In this document: one piece after another, positions 53,636 to 63,461 of the stretch | How positions within the stretch are numbered: the stretch's first letter is position 1 | Layout of the letters: every line of letters begins with the position of its first letter | NCBI GenBank assembly: GCA_031423355.1 | Contig: JANPFJ010000012.1 | Span: 7,640-71,639, forward strand | Length of the DNA stretch: 64,000 nucleotides | Direction of reading: 5' to 3' | Origin: Gemmatimonadaceae bacterium | GTDB taxonomy: Bacteria; Gemmatimonadota; Gemmatimonadetes; Gemmatimonadales; Gemmatimonadaceae | The notes under the pieces: generated by a model | What the model was told of the DNA's origin: nothing | The model's input: the letters and a program-made list of their open reading frames with translations, nothing else | Databases searched by the model: none | Position numbers and translations under genes: made by a program

Positions 53636-56470
53636 TCACGGCGCGCGCCCGACCCGCCGCAGTGCCGTTGCGAGCGACTCCCCTGCCGGAACCGTCACGT
53701 CCGGCACGACGCCGACGCCCTCCCAGTTCGTCAGCGTCACCGGGTTCACTGGGCGAGCGAACGGCACGGCCATCAGGAAGTGGTCGTCAATCCGGTGACT
53801 CGCCATCGGGTGCGCGCCCCCGCCGGTGATCTCTCCGATGATGGTCGCTCGTTTCAGTTGCTGCAGGTCGTACGCGAATTCCTCGCCGCCAGAGAAGGTG
53901 CGCGACGACGTGAGCACGTACACCGGCCTCGCACCACCGAAGCGCAGGCCAGGCACACTGTCTCGCGTCCAGAACTCTTCGGTCGTGCCAGTGCGGCGCG
54001 TCCAGAGATCGTTGAGGTGCGTGCGCCCGTCAAAGAGGTAGGACGCGACGTAGGACACCATCGCCGGCTCTCCGCCGCCGTTGTCGCGCAGGTCGAGGAT
54101 GAACTCGCGCGTACCGGCGATGGCAGTCATCGCCGCCGATGCCGAGGCACCGCAGAATTCGGGATCGGCGAACATGTCGAGCTTGATGTAGCCGACGTTT
54201 CCGGACAGCACCTCGACCTTGTCGAAGCCACACTTGATCCCGTCCAACCGCGCCTGCTCTCGCGCTGCGGCTTCGGCTGAGCGCACGGCTGACATGTGTG
54301 AGTCAGGCGGTAGCACCTCCACGCTGTAGATCAGGTGCAAGTGCTTGTCGCGCGTCAGTTCAGCCAGGTCGTCGTCGAGGCGCATCGCGAATGAGACCCC
54401 GTTGCCGAACAGGCCATACGCGCCACGCGCACTCCGGACGCGCAGCGTATCCCCCACGTGCTTCGCCACGTCCGGCGACACGTAGAACGTGTCGAGCAGC
54501 GCCGCGGTGGCGGCGACCGTCCGCGCTCGCGTCGCGGCATCGAGGCGCAGTGCGGCGGCGGTGACGTTCGCTCCGAGCGGTTGAAAGCGCCGCATGCTGA
54601 CGTGGTGCGGCGCGGCGGCAGACACGTCGATCACTCCGTACGCCGTCATCGGGCTCCTGCGCTCGCGCACGATGAACTCCACGCGCCGTGGGCCGCTCCG
54701 CTCGATGCTGAGCAGCTCGAAACCGCCCGTCTGCTCGCGGAATCCGAGCTCGTCCCCGACGACGACGTTTGGCTCGAAGCGCCGAGCGTAGGCGGCGACG
54801 CGCGCGCTGTCAGCGCTGTTGAACGCGGCGATCCAGGCCCGCAGTGCGTCGCCAGCCAGCGTTCGGGGAATCGCTGGATCGATTCCCGACGTCGTCGCGT
54901 GCGTCGTCGATTGCCGGATGGTCGGCGCCTTCGCTGCGATACGTGCACTCAAGGACGCCTGCGCGCTGGCCGGCGTGGGAACGGCGACGGCGAGCAGGGG
55001 TGCGAAGAACAGAACTCGGAGGCGCATTGCGAGATTCCCGTGTTGTATGCCACGATGCGACAGGTATGCGATCAGGAGGGCACAGAGGATCAGCAGCGCA
55101 CCGAAGGCGAACGTGACGCGCATGCCGGTCGCGATCGCTGCGGGATGGGCGGTCACGACGTTGATCGCCCCCGTCGCCCGCGCGAACAGCGCGCCCATCA
55201 CCGTCACACCCGTGATGAGACCGAGATTGCGTGACAGGCCGAGCAGACCGGAGATGACACCGACTCCGTCCGGACGAGTACTCGTCATCACGGCCGTGTT
55301 GTTGGCGGCCTGGAACAGTGAGTACCCTGCGGTGATCACGACCAGCGGCGCCACATACCCTGCAATGCCGACGCTCATCGGAGACACAGCAATGCCAGCG
55401 CAGCCGGCCACCATTCCGATCAGACCGGCAATCGTTGCGACACTGGCGCCGAATCGATCCACGACGCGGCCGCCCGGCGCGCTCGTCAGTGCCGCGACGA
55501 TCGGACCCGATGACATCACGAGTCCGACGTGAGCCGCGTCGAGTCTCAGCGCGCCGGCGAGATAGAACGGGCCAACCACCAGCGTGGCCATCACCACGGT
55601 CGTGACGAGGATGCTCATCACGAAGCCCGCACCCAGTGCGGCGCCCCGGAGCATGGACAGGTGGACCAGCGGCGACTCGGCCTTCGACTCCGCGAACGCG
55701 AACAGCCCACCGCTGACCAGGGCGCCGAACAGCAAGCCCACGTTCAGCACACCGAAACTCCCGCGGCCGATCGTCATGGCGAGTGCATACGACGCGATCG
55801 TCAGCGTGAGGAGTACCGTACCGAGGACGTCGAACGCGGCACGGTCCGACGTCAATTCGTCGGAATCGGCTGGCAGGAACCGATGCGCCAGCAGGAGTGC
55901 CAGAACGCAGAGCGGTACGCACGCGAGAAAGATGGCCCGCCAACCGAAGGACGTGATCAGTACGCCGCCGAGCGCTGGGCCGAGCGCCGTGCCGACGGCA
56001 GACATCGTGCCGAGCAATCCCATTGCGCGGCCCGTCTTCTCTTTCGGGATCGTCTTCGCAACGAACGCGATGGTCAGGGCCATCATGATCGCTGCACCGA
56101 GACCCTGGAGCGCGCGGGCGACAACCAGCGTCCAGAGCGACGGCGCACCACCGCACAGCACTGATGCCACGGTGAACAGGCTCATCCCCGAGAGGAGCAG
56201 CCGTCGTCGGCCAATGATGTCGCCCAACCGTCCAACGCTGACGATCAGTGTCGTGATCGCGAGAAGATACGCGAGCACGATCCATTGCACGCTCTGAAAA
56301 GGCGCATTGAACGCCTGCGCCAGTGTCGGCACGGCGACATTCGCGATGTTGGTGCCAAGCGACGAGAGCAGCATCGAGAGAGAGAGGCTGACCAGTATGC
56401 CTCGCTCCGACCGGCCGCGTCGCGAACGGTCAGTCCTGTTCGGGTCTGGTCTTGCGGCGGCCGTTGTCAT
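53636..56470 (-). CDS. single 944-aa ORF joining a 14-TMS MFS (DHA2/EmrB-like) transporter to a signal-peptide-bearing S41 peptidase
   Basis: The MFS part covers aa 1-~480 (GRLGDIIGRRR, ARALQGLGAA). Then LSHRGIQHGNLA-MRLRVLFFAPLLAVAVPTPASAQ follows with no stop (internal ATG at 55025-55027). The S41 part has FILDLRDNGGGEP and VYVLTSSRTFSGGEEFAYDLQQLKRATIIGEITGGGAHP. Confidence 0.8.
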   Translation of the reverse strand: MTTAAARPDPNRTDRSRRGRSERGILVSLSLSMLLSSLGTNIANVAVPTLAQAFNAPFQSVQWIVLAYLLAITTLIVSVGRLGDIIGRRRLLLSGMSLFTVASVLCGGAPSLWTLVVARALQGLGAAIMMALTIAFVAKTIPKEKTGRAMGLLGTMSAVGTALGPALGGVLITSFGWRAIFLACVPLCVLALLLAHRFLPADSDELTSDRAAFDVLGTVLLTLTIASYALAMTIGRGSFGVLNVGLLFGALVSGGLFAFAESKAESPLVHLSMLRGAALGAGFVMSILVTTVVMATLVVGPFYLAGALRLDAAHVGLVMSSGPIVAALTSAPGGRVVDRFGASVATIAGLIGMVAGCAGIAVSPMSVGIAGYVAPLVVITAGYSLFQAANNTAVMTSTRPDGVGVISGLLGLSRNLGLITGVTVMGALFARATGAINVVTAHPAAIATGMRVTFAFGALLILCALLIAYLSHRGIQHGNLAMRLRVLFFAPLLAVAVPTPASAQASLSARIAAKAPTIRQSTTHATTSGIDPAIPRTLAGDALRAWIAAFNSADSARVAAYARRFEPNVVVGDELGFREQTGGFELLSIERSGPRRVEFIVRERRSPMTAYGVIDVSAAAPHHVSMRRFQPLGANVTAAALRLDAATRARTVAATAALLDTFYVSPDVAKHVGDTLRVRSARGAYGLFGNGVSFAMRLDDDLAELTRDKHLHLIYSVEVLPPDSHMSAVRSAEAAAREQARLDGIKCGFDKVEVLSGNVGYIKLDMFADPEFCGASASAAMTAIAGTREFILDLRDNGGGEPAMVSYVASYLFDGRTHLNDLWTRRTGTTEEFWTRDSVPGLRFGGARPVYVLTSSRTFSGGEEFAYDLQQLKRATIIGEITGGGAHPMASHRIDDHFLMAVPFARPVNPVTLTNWEGVGVVPDVTVPAGESLATALRRVGRAP

Positions 56471-56525
56471 CGTACGAAGCGTCTGCGACGACAGTCGTGA
56501 CCTGGTCCGATTGCTGGTGCGGTGT

Positions 56526-57197
56526 TCATCGTCTCGCCGGCGTGAGGGTGACGGTTGCCTGATGTGGTCGCGCCCTGCGGATGATGCATTCCGCCACGAT
56601 CACGTTGATCACCCACCCCGCGCCCATCAGCACTGCCCGTACCGATTCGTCCGGCCGGCCGACGAGCACGTAGTACGGCAGATGCGTCAGCACCTGCGTG
56701 CCCGCACCCATCCCGATCGCATACGCGCGGAGCATCCATTCACCGTGTGCGGTGAAGTTGCGTTGCCGGATCGCGTTGATCGCCAGCAGCATGGAGATCA
56801 GCATGCCGGTGCCGAACACCAGGCGTTCGATGTAGAGCGCCTCGCCGTCACCCGCAGGCCAGGGATAGACCAGCGTCATCCAGAGCCCCGATACCGCGGC
56901 GATGAGGCCGCATACCACCACCACCCGCCCCGATGCGCGGTGCCACGCGTGGTGACGTGACCTGAACGCCGGCGCGAACTGCAGCGCGCCGAGGATGCTG
57001 AACGGAATGACGGCGAGAATGTGCAGCACCACCGGCAGCGGCATCGCGACGAACCGCGCGTTGGCGGCGGTGACCGCGGCACCGCGCGCCAGTTCGCTGA
57101 GTCGTGCCGTGCCGGCCAGCGCCGGCACGGCACTCAAGGCGACCAGCGCCGCAAGGATCTTCCAGTCCGATAGGCGTTGGCCGCGTTGCGTTGACAT
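56526..57197 (-). CDS. DUF2306-family membrane protein
   Basis: A 223-aa protein with 5-6 TM spans. VLHILAVIPFSILGALQFAPAFRSRHHAWHRASGR has the DUF2306-like pattern. Confidence 0.65.
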   Translation of the reverse strand: MSTQRGQRLSDWKILAALVALSAVPALAGTARLSELARGAAVTAANARFVAMPLPVVLHILAVIPFSILGALQFAPAFRSRHHAWHRASGRVVVVCGLIAAVSGLWMTLVYPWPAGDGEALYIERLVFGTGMLISMLLAINAIRQRNFTAHGEWMLRAYAIGMGAGTQVLTHLPYYVLVGRPDESVRAVLMGAGWVINVIVAECIIRRARPHQATVTLTPARR

Positions 57198-57199
57198 GA

Positions 57200-57859
57200 T
57201 CAGCGCGTCGCGATGCGGAAGCCGCCCATCAGGCTCACATCATTGCGCCGGACCGTGGCGCCCTTCGCCGTCAGTGGGGCAAAGCCGGTCACGTAGTCGC
57301 GGGCTTCGACGCGAAACCGGATGCGACGGTAGCCGAGTTCTCCGCCGGCGCTGCCGTACGCCGCCAGATTGTGGGTCGCGTCCACGTCCAAACTGCGATA
57401 GTTGTAGCTCCGGCCGCCCGCACCGGCGCCAGCAAACGGCGTGAACGTCAGCGCGTGTCCTGACAACCAGCGATCGGCGCGCAGCTCGGCGCCGACATCG
57501 TACGTGAACACATTCAACTTCGGCGTGTTGACGCTCGCGATGTCGCGAGTCCGGGCCCAGCCCATCGAGGTCGTCACGGCTAGGTATGGCCGGACGGCGT
57601 ACGACAACTGCGCGAGGTTCATCCGGGCGTTCTTGAGCGCATCGCGCTGGTCGCCCGTCGGCAGCAGGGCGCCGTCCGAGACGATGAACTCGAATCGCGA
57701 GCGCACCGAGGGACGTGCGTCGGCGGTTTGCGCGTTGGCGGTGCTGGCCGCGGCGACGAACATCACGGCTGCCAGGGCAGCCGGGGCGATGGAGGTGGCG
57801 CCGACGCGGCGGATCCGGCGGTGGGCGGCCGTGGTGGGTGCTGCAGTGGTCTGTGACAT
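57200..57859 (-). CDS. outer-membrane beta-barrel protein (OMP_b-brl-like)
   Basis: Signal peptide ...AAASTANAQ, alternating beta strands, and an aromatic-rich C-terminal strand (MGGFRIATR). Confidence 0.65.
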   Translation of the reverse strand: MSQTTAAPTTAAHRRIRRVGATSIAPAALAAVMFVAAASTANAQTADARPSVRSRFEFIVSDGALLPTGDQRDALKNARMNLAQLSYAVRPYLAVTTSMGWARTRDIASVNTPKLNVFTYDVGAELRADRWLSGHALTFTPFAGAGAGGRSYNYRSLDVDATHNLAAYGSAGGELGYRRIRFRVEARDYVTGFAPLTAKGATVRRNDVSLMGGFRIATR

Positions 57860-57964
57860 TGTGTCGCTCCGGAAGGTGGGTTATGTTTACGTCATACACT
57901 GTTACGAGTATACGATATACACAGTTTCGGGTCTGTCAATAGTTAGACCGAAAAAGGGAGCGAG

Positions 57965-58837
57965 ATGGCAGGACGCCCTGCAGCAAAGCCGCGGAAGAGC
58001 GGCGGTGGAAAAGCCACGAAGCAGACGAAGGCCGAGTCACTGCCCGCTGCCTCGTCCGGCGTCGCGTTCGATAGCGCGGACATCGCGCGGCGCAGCGAGT
58101 TGTTGTGGGAGGCGCCGGCGAAGCCGACGCGTGGACCGAAGGCGGCGCTGACCCGCGAGGACGTGGTGGCAGCCGCGATCCGCGTGGCAGACGCGGGCGA
58201 TCTGGCCGCGCTCACCATGCATGCCGTCGCCTCGGAGCTCGGCTACACGCCGATGGCGCTCTACCGCTACTTCCCGAACAAGGAAGCGCTGGTCGATGCC
58301 GCCGTCGATGCCGCGCTCGGCCGCCCACCGGCCCGCCCCGGTCCGCACGAAGGCTGGCGCGCCGAGATCCGGCACTGGGCGTATGCCAAGCGTGCGATGT
58401 TGTGTGCGCGCCCCTGGCTCGCGGAACTGCCGTTCGTCGCAGCGCCCCACGGCCCCAACTGGCTCAGCTGGCATGAGGCGTTCCTGCGCACCATCGCGCA
58501 CACCGGCCTCAGCCCCGAAGACATGATGGATGTGCTCAGCGTCGTGCACGGCTATGTGCATGGCAGTTCGGACACGATCATTTCGCTGGCGCGCGCCACG
58601 GCCCGCGGCGTGACGCCAGAGCAATGGGCGCAGGCGGTGGGTGCCGATCTCTGTCGGGCGATCAACGATCCGCGGTATCCAATGCTCTCCGGTATCCTGA
58701 CCTCAGGCTCCGGTGGGATCACGCCCGATTCACCGTTGCCCACGAAGCAGGGCAAGCCACGCACCATGGACGAGAGTTTCGACTGGGGGCTCGAGCGGGT
58801 GTTGGATGGGATCGCACTGTATCTGGAACGGAAGTGA
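57965..58837 (+). CDS. TetR/AcrR-family transcriptional regulator, divergent from the OMP-DUF2306-MFS/S41 operon
   Basis: LTREDVVAAAIRVADAGDLAALTMHAVASELGYTPMALYRYFPNKEALV is a TetR HTH. An AT-rich divergent intergenic region lies at 57860-57964. Confidence 0.85.
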   Translation: MAGRPAAKPRKSGGGKATKQTKAESLPAASSGVAFDSADIARRSELLWEAPAKPTRGPKAALTREDVVAAAIRVADAGDLAALTMHAVASELGYTPMALYRYFPNKEALVDAAVDAALGRPPARPGPHEGWRAEIRHWAYAKRAMLCARPWLAELPFVAAPHGPNWLSWHEAFLRTIAHTGLSPEDMMDVLSVVHGYVHGSSDTIISLARATARGVTPEQWAQAVGADLCRAINDPRYPMLSGILTSGSGGITPDSPLPTKQGKPRTMDESFDWGLERVLDGIALYLERK

Positions 58838-59030
58838 GGATGGCGCAGTCGATGTCGGTGTCATGACGTAACACCACACGGTGCCGCCGCCCTTGGCCAA
58901 CTGAGCAGCCGGCGTCGTCGTGGCTCGCAGATCACGCTGCAAGTGCGACGCAAACGCGATGTGGCGCGTCCCCACGGGGCGCGCCACATCGCGTAAATGC
59001 GCCATCGATCGCATCGCGCGGCACCGACAC

Positions 59031-59195
59031 TCAGGCCGCGGCACCGCTGCAGGCGCAGGACGAGCAGGAGCATGAACTGCCGCACGAGCAACTTGTCGCC
59101 GAGTCGTTGCGGACCTCTTGCGTTCCCGTACCGCAGGTGCAGATGGTGCAGTTGCAGATCGTGCAGACGCAGGATGAAGTCGTTTCGGTATTCAT
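59031..59195 (-). CDS. 54-aa cysteine-rich, metallothionein-like peptide
   Basis: MNTETTSSCVCTICNCTICTCGTGTQEVRNDSATSCSCGSSCSCSSCACSGAAA has 12 Cys in two 6-Cys clusters. Starts at ATG 59193-59195. Confidence 0.5.
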   Translation of the reverse strand: MNTETTSSCVCTICNCTICTCGTGTQEVRNDSATSCSCGSSCSCSSCACSGAAA

Positions 59196-59494
59196 GGCAA
59201 ACCTCGGAACTGGGATTGTGACACGACGGTCCGGCCTCTCCGGACTCCGCACTCGCCGGATGCGTGTGCGCTGGTCGTCGTGAAGTGGAGATTAGGCCCC
59301 AGCACCAGGTCCGGATTGAACGAAGAGGCTGAAGATCCGCCGAACGATTCGTAGCTGGTATGTCGCGATTCAGCCTCTCCGTTCAATGCAGCCGTCGCAC
59401 CGCGCACGAGACTTGAGCCACACCTGACGACGGCTCGGCGCACTGCCGCAGACCTTCGCACACAACAAGTCACCGTTCATTCTCGGAGCAGATC

Positions 59495-60229
59495 ATGTTT
59501 GCACCATCGTTGCGTCGCACTGCGATTCTCGTCGCCGTCGCCGTGTCCACCGCCGCCGCGCAGGGCACCTCAGGCGCCGCTCGTCCCGACGACACATTCA
59601 CAATCAGGAGTCGCAGCTCATTGAGCCTCTCCATGATCCAGAGCCGACCGCAGGGCGCGTTTGGACGCAACATCGGCCTCGGGTACGGACTGGATGGCGC
59701 CTATCTCCTCCGGCTGGACAGGGCCGGCATCTGGAGTCTGCGCGCCAGCGCCGGCGTGGCGAGCTACGGCAACGAATCGCGGCGCACCGCACTGAGCGAG
59801 ACCGTGGGAGGCCGAGTCGCGGTGAACGTCACGACCACGAACTATCTCGTGCCGATCAGCGTCGGGCCGCAGCTGAGCTGGCCCACCGGTGTGTTCCGCC
59901 CATACGTCAACGTCGGCGTCGGCGCGCAGGCCTTCTTCACCGAGAGTCGAGTGCAGGGCACAGCGAGTCCCGTCGTGCTGGCCAGCACCACCAATCACTC
60001 CACGGCCGTCGCATCCTGGTCGTTCGGTGGTGGTGTGTATCTCCCGCTCTACGCCGGGAAGACGCGCGTCGACCTCGATCTCGGTGCGCAGTACGTCGCT
60101 GGTGGCAGTACGCGCTACCTCGCCGCAGGCAGCATCGTCGACCTGCCCGCCGCGCAGATCTCCGTGACACCAGTCGAGAGCCGCACCCACATGGCCGTCA
60201 TCCGCATCGGTGCGCGAGTGCGGCCGTGA
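59495..60229 (+). CDS. outer-membrane beta-barrel protein
   Basis: Signal peptide MFAPSLRRTAILVAVAVSTAAAQ, beta-strand periodicity, and the C-terminal strand AVIRIGARVRP. Confidence 0.65.
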   Translation: MFAPSLRRTAILVAVAVSTAAAQGTSGAARPDDTFTIRSRSSLSLSMIQSRPQGAFGRNIGLGYGLDGAYLLRLDRAGIWSLRASAGVASYGNESRRTALSETVGGRVAVNVTTTNYLVPISVGPQLSWPTGVFRPYVNVGVGAQAFFTESRVQGTASPVVLASTTNHSTAVASWSFGGGVYLPLYAGKTRVDLDLGAQYVAGGSTRYLAAGSIVDLPAAQISVTPVESRTHMAVIRIGARVRP

Positions 60230-61245
60230 GTAGCAACTTCAACACAGCGCTCCGGTCAGCTGGCCGGGGCGCTGTTGCGCTGCTCGCCGTGCTTGTCCTG
60301 CTTGGCTCGGCGTATGAGCGAGTGATGCGCTCGCGCGGCACTGCGGATTTTCCGCCCCCCGGCCGGCTCGTGAGCATCGGTGATGGTCGCCACCTGCAGA
60401 TCGATTGCCGTGGCGCTGGCTCGCCGACGGTGATTCTCGAGTCCGGGCTGGACATCCTGGGGTCTCTCAGCTGGATGGCCATCCACGACTCGATCGCGCG
60501 CACGACGCGGGTGTGTGCATACAGCCGGGCGGGCATCATGTGGAGTGAGCCGACCGGTGCGCGCTTTGACAGTCGTCTGGCCGCGCGAGACTTGCACACC
60601 GCGTTGTCGGCGGCCGGTGAGGCATCGCCGTTCGTGGTCGTGGGGCATTCGATCGGCGCGGCGTATGCCATGCGTTTCACCGCGGACTACCCGGCCGAGG
60701 TGGCGGGCCTCGTGCTCGTCGATCCATCACATCCGAATCAGTTCGCCGAGTTCAGACGAGTAACGGGGAAGTCGCTGGAGCCATCGGGTAACGTCGAGCG
60801 GGCTGCCGCAACTCTCTCGTGGACCGGAGTGCTTCGGCTGCTGCCCGACGAGAATCCGCAATCGTGGCCAATGTCATTGCGCGCTGCTGCCCTGGCGTTT
60901 CTTCCGACCTCACTCGCTGCCGCGGCTGAGGAGGCTCGCGCGATCGTGGCAACGCAGGGGGACGCCGCGACCATCCGTGACTTCGGTGCCCGGCCTCTGG
61001 TCGTGCTCAGCGCGGCCGGCGAACACCCGTCGACCACGCTGAAGATGATGGGGTTGACGCGTGAGCAGGGTATTCGCCTGCAGGCGACGCAGCACCGGCT
61101 TCATGTCGCGCTCGCGTCGATGTCCCGTAGCGGCCGGTACGAGCTCGTCCCACGCAGCTCTCACTACATTCAACTCGACCGACCAGGCATCGTAATCAGC
61201 GCCATTGGTGCGGTGGTCGCTGCGGTCCGCTCGACACACCAGTAG
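60226..61245 (+). CDS. alpha/beta-fold hydrolase
   Basis: The nucleophile elbow is VVGHSIGAAYA, with HG-type oxyanion context (VILESGLD), a C-terminal His (SSHYIQLD) and an N-terminal TM/signal segment. Confidence 0.8.
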   Translation: MSSNFNTALRSAGRGAVALLAVLVLLGSAYERVMRSRGTADFPPPGRLVSIGDGRHLQIDCRGAGSPTVILESGLDILGSLSWMAIHDSIARTTRVCAYSRAGIMWSEPTGARFDSRLAARDLHTALSAAGEASPFVVVGHSIGAAYAMRFTADYPAEVAGLVLVDPSHPNQFAEFRRVTGKSLEPSGNVERAAATLSWTGVLRLLPDENPQSWPMSLRAAALAFLPTSLAAAAEEARAIVATQGDAATIRDFGARPLVVLSAAGEHPSTTLKMMGLTREQGIRLQATQHRLHVALASMSRSGRYELVPRSSHYIQLDRPGIVISAIGAVVAAVRSTHQ

Positions 61246-61360
61246 CGACTGCAGAAGCCGCGTAGTCAGCAAGACGCCGATGGGAGCTTTCTCTCCCATC
61301 GGCGTCAATCGTTGTATCAAATCGCAGGTCACGCGCTCGAAGCGTTGCATTCACGACCCG

Positions 61361-62017
61361 TCACGACGCGCACCCACTCTTCGGGCGCTGATAGTCGCAC
61401 GTGCAGCTCCCCTCCGCGCATGCCATCCCGGCTCGGCCTGCCTTCACACACCGCCAGCACGGCGCCAGCGGCTCGTTCGACTCACGCAGGCCGAGCACGC
61501 GCGAAGCGATGGTGGCACCGCCGGGAGCCATGGCGTGCAGGGCGGGCCTGCCGGTGACGTCGAACGACATCTCCGCCAGCGTCGTGAACCCAGCCTTGGT
61601 GATGCCGGAGCCGGAGGCATGATTCTCCGGGGCGTAGGCTATCCAGAATCGCTCGGCCTCCTCGGACTCGGCGCGCAGGATGGCTTGCAGCAGCTGTGGA
61701 TAGATGCCGATACCTCGATGCGTGGGGAGTGTCACGAAGTTCCAGAGATACCGCTCGCCCTCGGCAATCGGGAATACCGCACCCACTTCGCCGATCTCGG
61801 CCATCGTGGTGGCGACCCATCCCCACGCGGCAGGTGCACCAGCCAGCCACGCTACGTACGCGCGGTGACCGGCCTCGAATCGCCTGGTCATCTCGGCAGG
61901 GTGTCTGCCTTGCAGCGCCGCCATGGAGTCAGCATCGAGCTCTCGGCGAACGGCGAAGGACGGCAGTGATGGCAGGACTGCCATCGAGTCATCACGGTGA
62001 CGCATGGCGAATGGCAT
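61361..62017 (-). CDS. GNAT-family N-acetyltransferase with a Cys-rich C-terminal tail
   Basis: FVTLPTHRGIGIYPQLLQAIL is the acetyl-CoA-binding motif A (R/Q-x-x-G-x-G/A). The tail is CWRCVKAGRAGMACAEGSCTC. The exact start is uncertain. Confidence 0.7.
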   Translation of the reverse strand: MPFAMRHRDDSMAVLPSLPSFAVRRELDADSMAALQGRHPAEMTRRFEAGHRAYVAWLAGAPAAWGWVATTMAEIGEVGAVFPIAEGERYLWNFVTLPTHRGIGIYPQLLQAILRAESEEAERFWIAYAPENHASGSGITKAGFTTLAEMSFDVTGRPALHAMAPGGATIASRVLGLRESNEPLAPCWRCVKAGRAGMACAEGSCTCDYQRPKSGCAS

Positions 62018-62097
62018 TGGTGGCCTCAGGGAGTTGATGTTGGTCGGCGGGGGATCGTAGATCGTGAGCGGGCACGAACGCGCCTGGCGGTGCGAGG

Positions 62098-63420
62098 TTA
62101 TCGTGGCATCGGCGGAGGGTCGAGATAGCCGGCTGGCGCTGCCAACGGGCCGCTCAGCGTGCGCATGAAGGCCACGAGCTGCCCTTGCTCCCTGCTCGAA
62201 AGCTTGAGTGCCTTCAGTTCGGAATGACCGAACGGTGCGCGCGGTGCGGTGTTGTAGTGCCTCAGCACATCTTCCAGTGTTCCGAGCTGCCCCGCGTGCA
62301 TGTACGGCGCCCGGTTCGTGACATTGCGCAGCGACGGAGTCTTGAAGGCGCGTACGAGTTCCGGGCCGTCCACGACGGCGAAGCGCAGTTCGCTGCAGTC
62401 ATCTGGCTTGGCGTCGCTGTAGCGGCTCGTACAGCTGAATTCCCCGGCGACGGCTTGCCGCGCGCCCGCGGCGCGTCCGCTGTCAGGCGCCACGACCTCG
62501 GTCGACGCCGGAACGCCGGTATTGTGAAAGTGGTCGTCGGTGAACCGTGGTCCGTTGTGGCAGTTGACGCAGCTCCCCTTGCCGATGAACAGCCGCAATC
62601 CGGCCACTTCATCGGGCGAGAGCGCACCGTCCGCCGCGCGTGAATCATCGGCCAGTTCGGCGGCTACATAGCGATCGAAGCGCGACGGCGCGTAGGTGAT
62701 CTGTCGCTCGTAGGCGGCAATCGCCTTGCCGAGATTGGCGTACACACGCGTGATGTGCTGCTGTCGTACGGAGGGGATGTGTTCCCACGCGTCGCGCCAC
62801 GCTGAATCCGGGACAGGGCCGGCATTCTGCGGCAGACCGGCAAGATCGGGGAGCCGTCCGAAGACGGACTCGTATTGGGCGCGATAGTGCCGCGCCACGA
62901 CGTGCGCGTAGAGTGTCCTGCTGCCGCCGTGCTCCGCCGCGCTCTCGAGCGGCCCGAGTGCCTGCGCCCACTGACTGTCGGCGCGGCCATCCCAGAACAT
63001 CCACGGGCTGTGCGCCGTGGCCGCCACCGGCATCGTCCTGCGCGCAGTGGTCCCGACGCCGATGGCGAGGGCCCGCGCGTCCTGAAAATCCCTGGCAGGC
63101 AGATGGCAGGAGGCGCACGAGATCTTGCCGTTGCCGCTGAGGCGCGTCTCAAAGAACAGCTGTCGTCCGAGCGCCGCTGCCTGTCGGTCATCGGCGTACT
63201 CATTTGAAGGATCGGCGCGCAACGTTTCGAGACTGCCAAGTGACAGTGACCGAAGCGTCGCGCGCTCCTCGGCTGACCAGCGCGGCGTCATGCCGGCCCA
63301 GGCCACCGAGACGATAACGATTCCCAGCATGCTCGCCGCCAGGCGGATCCTCGACGTGAAGATCGTATTGACGCGCAGACGGCTGATGGCGGATTGGACG
63401 GAACGGAAGCGTGAGGTCAT
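62098..63420 (-). CDS. di-haem cytochrome c peroxidase / MauG-family protein
   Basis: Two CxxCH motifs (CASCH and CVNCH), with FFETRLSGNG, PSLRNV and YMHAG blocks. Confidence 0.9.
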   Translation of the reverse strand: MTSRFRSVQSAISRLRVNTIFTSRIRLAASMLGIVIVSVAWAGMTPRWSAEERATLRSLSLGSLETLRADPSNEYADDRQAAALGRQLFFETRLSGNGKISCASCHLPARDFQDARALAIGVGTTARRTMPVAATAHSPWMFWDGRADSQWAQALGPLESAAEHGGSRTLYAHVVARHYRAQYESVFGRLPDLAGLPQNAGPVPDSAWRDAWEHIPSVRQQHITRVYANLGKAIAAYERQITYAPSRFDRYVAAELADDSRAADGALSPDEVAGLRLFIGKGSCVNCHNGPRFTDDHFHNTGVPASTEVVAPDSGRAAGARQAVAGEFSCTSRYSDAKPDDCSELRFAVVDGPELVRAFKTPSLRNVTNRAPYMHAGQLGTLEDVLRHYNTAPRAPFGHSELKALKLSSREQGQLVAFMRTLSGPLAAPAGYLDPPPMPR

Positions 63421-63461
63421 GGCTCGTCGCGTTGGAGTGAACGCCGGATCTCAGGTATGGA

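Noticed and set aside
57880-57935. A defined TetR operator in the AT-rich divergent region (gtttacgtcatacactgttacgagtatacgatatacacag).
   Set aside because: Only short palindromes (GTATAC) are visible, with no clear 15-20-bp inverted repeat. It is left as an unassigned promoter region.
59031-59195. The Cys-rich peptide as a RiPP (SCIFF or ranthipeptide-like) precursor.
   Set aside because: No radical-SAM or other maturase, protease or exporter gene is adjacent. The flanking genes are a TetR regulator and an OMP. A metallothionein-like role is the more economical reading.
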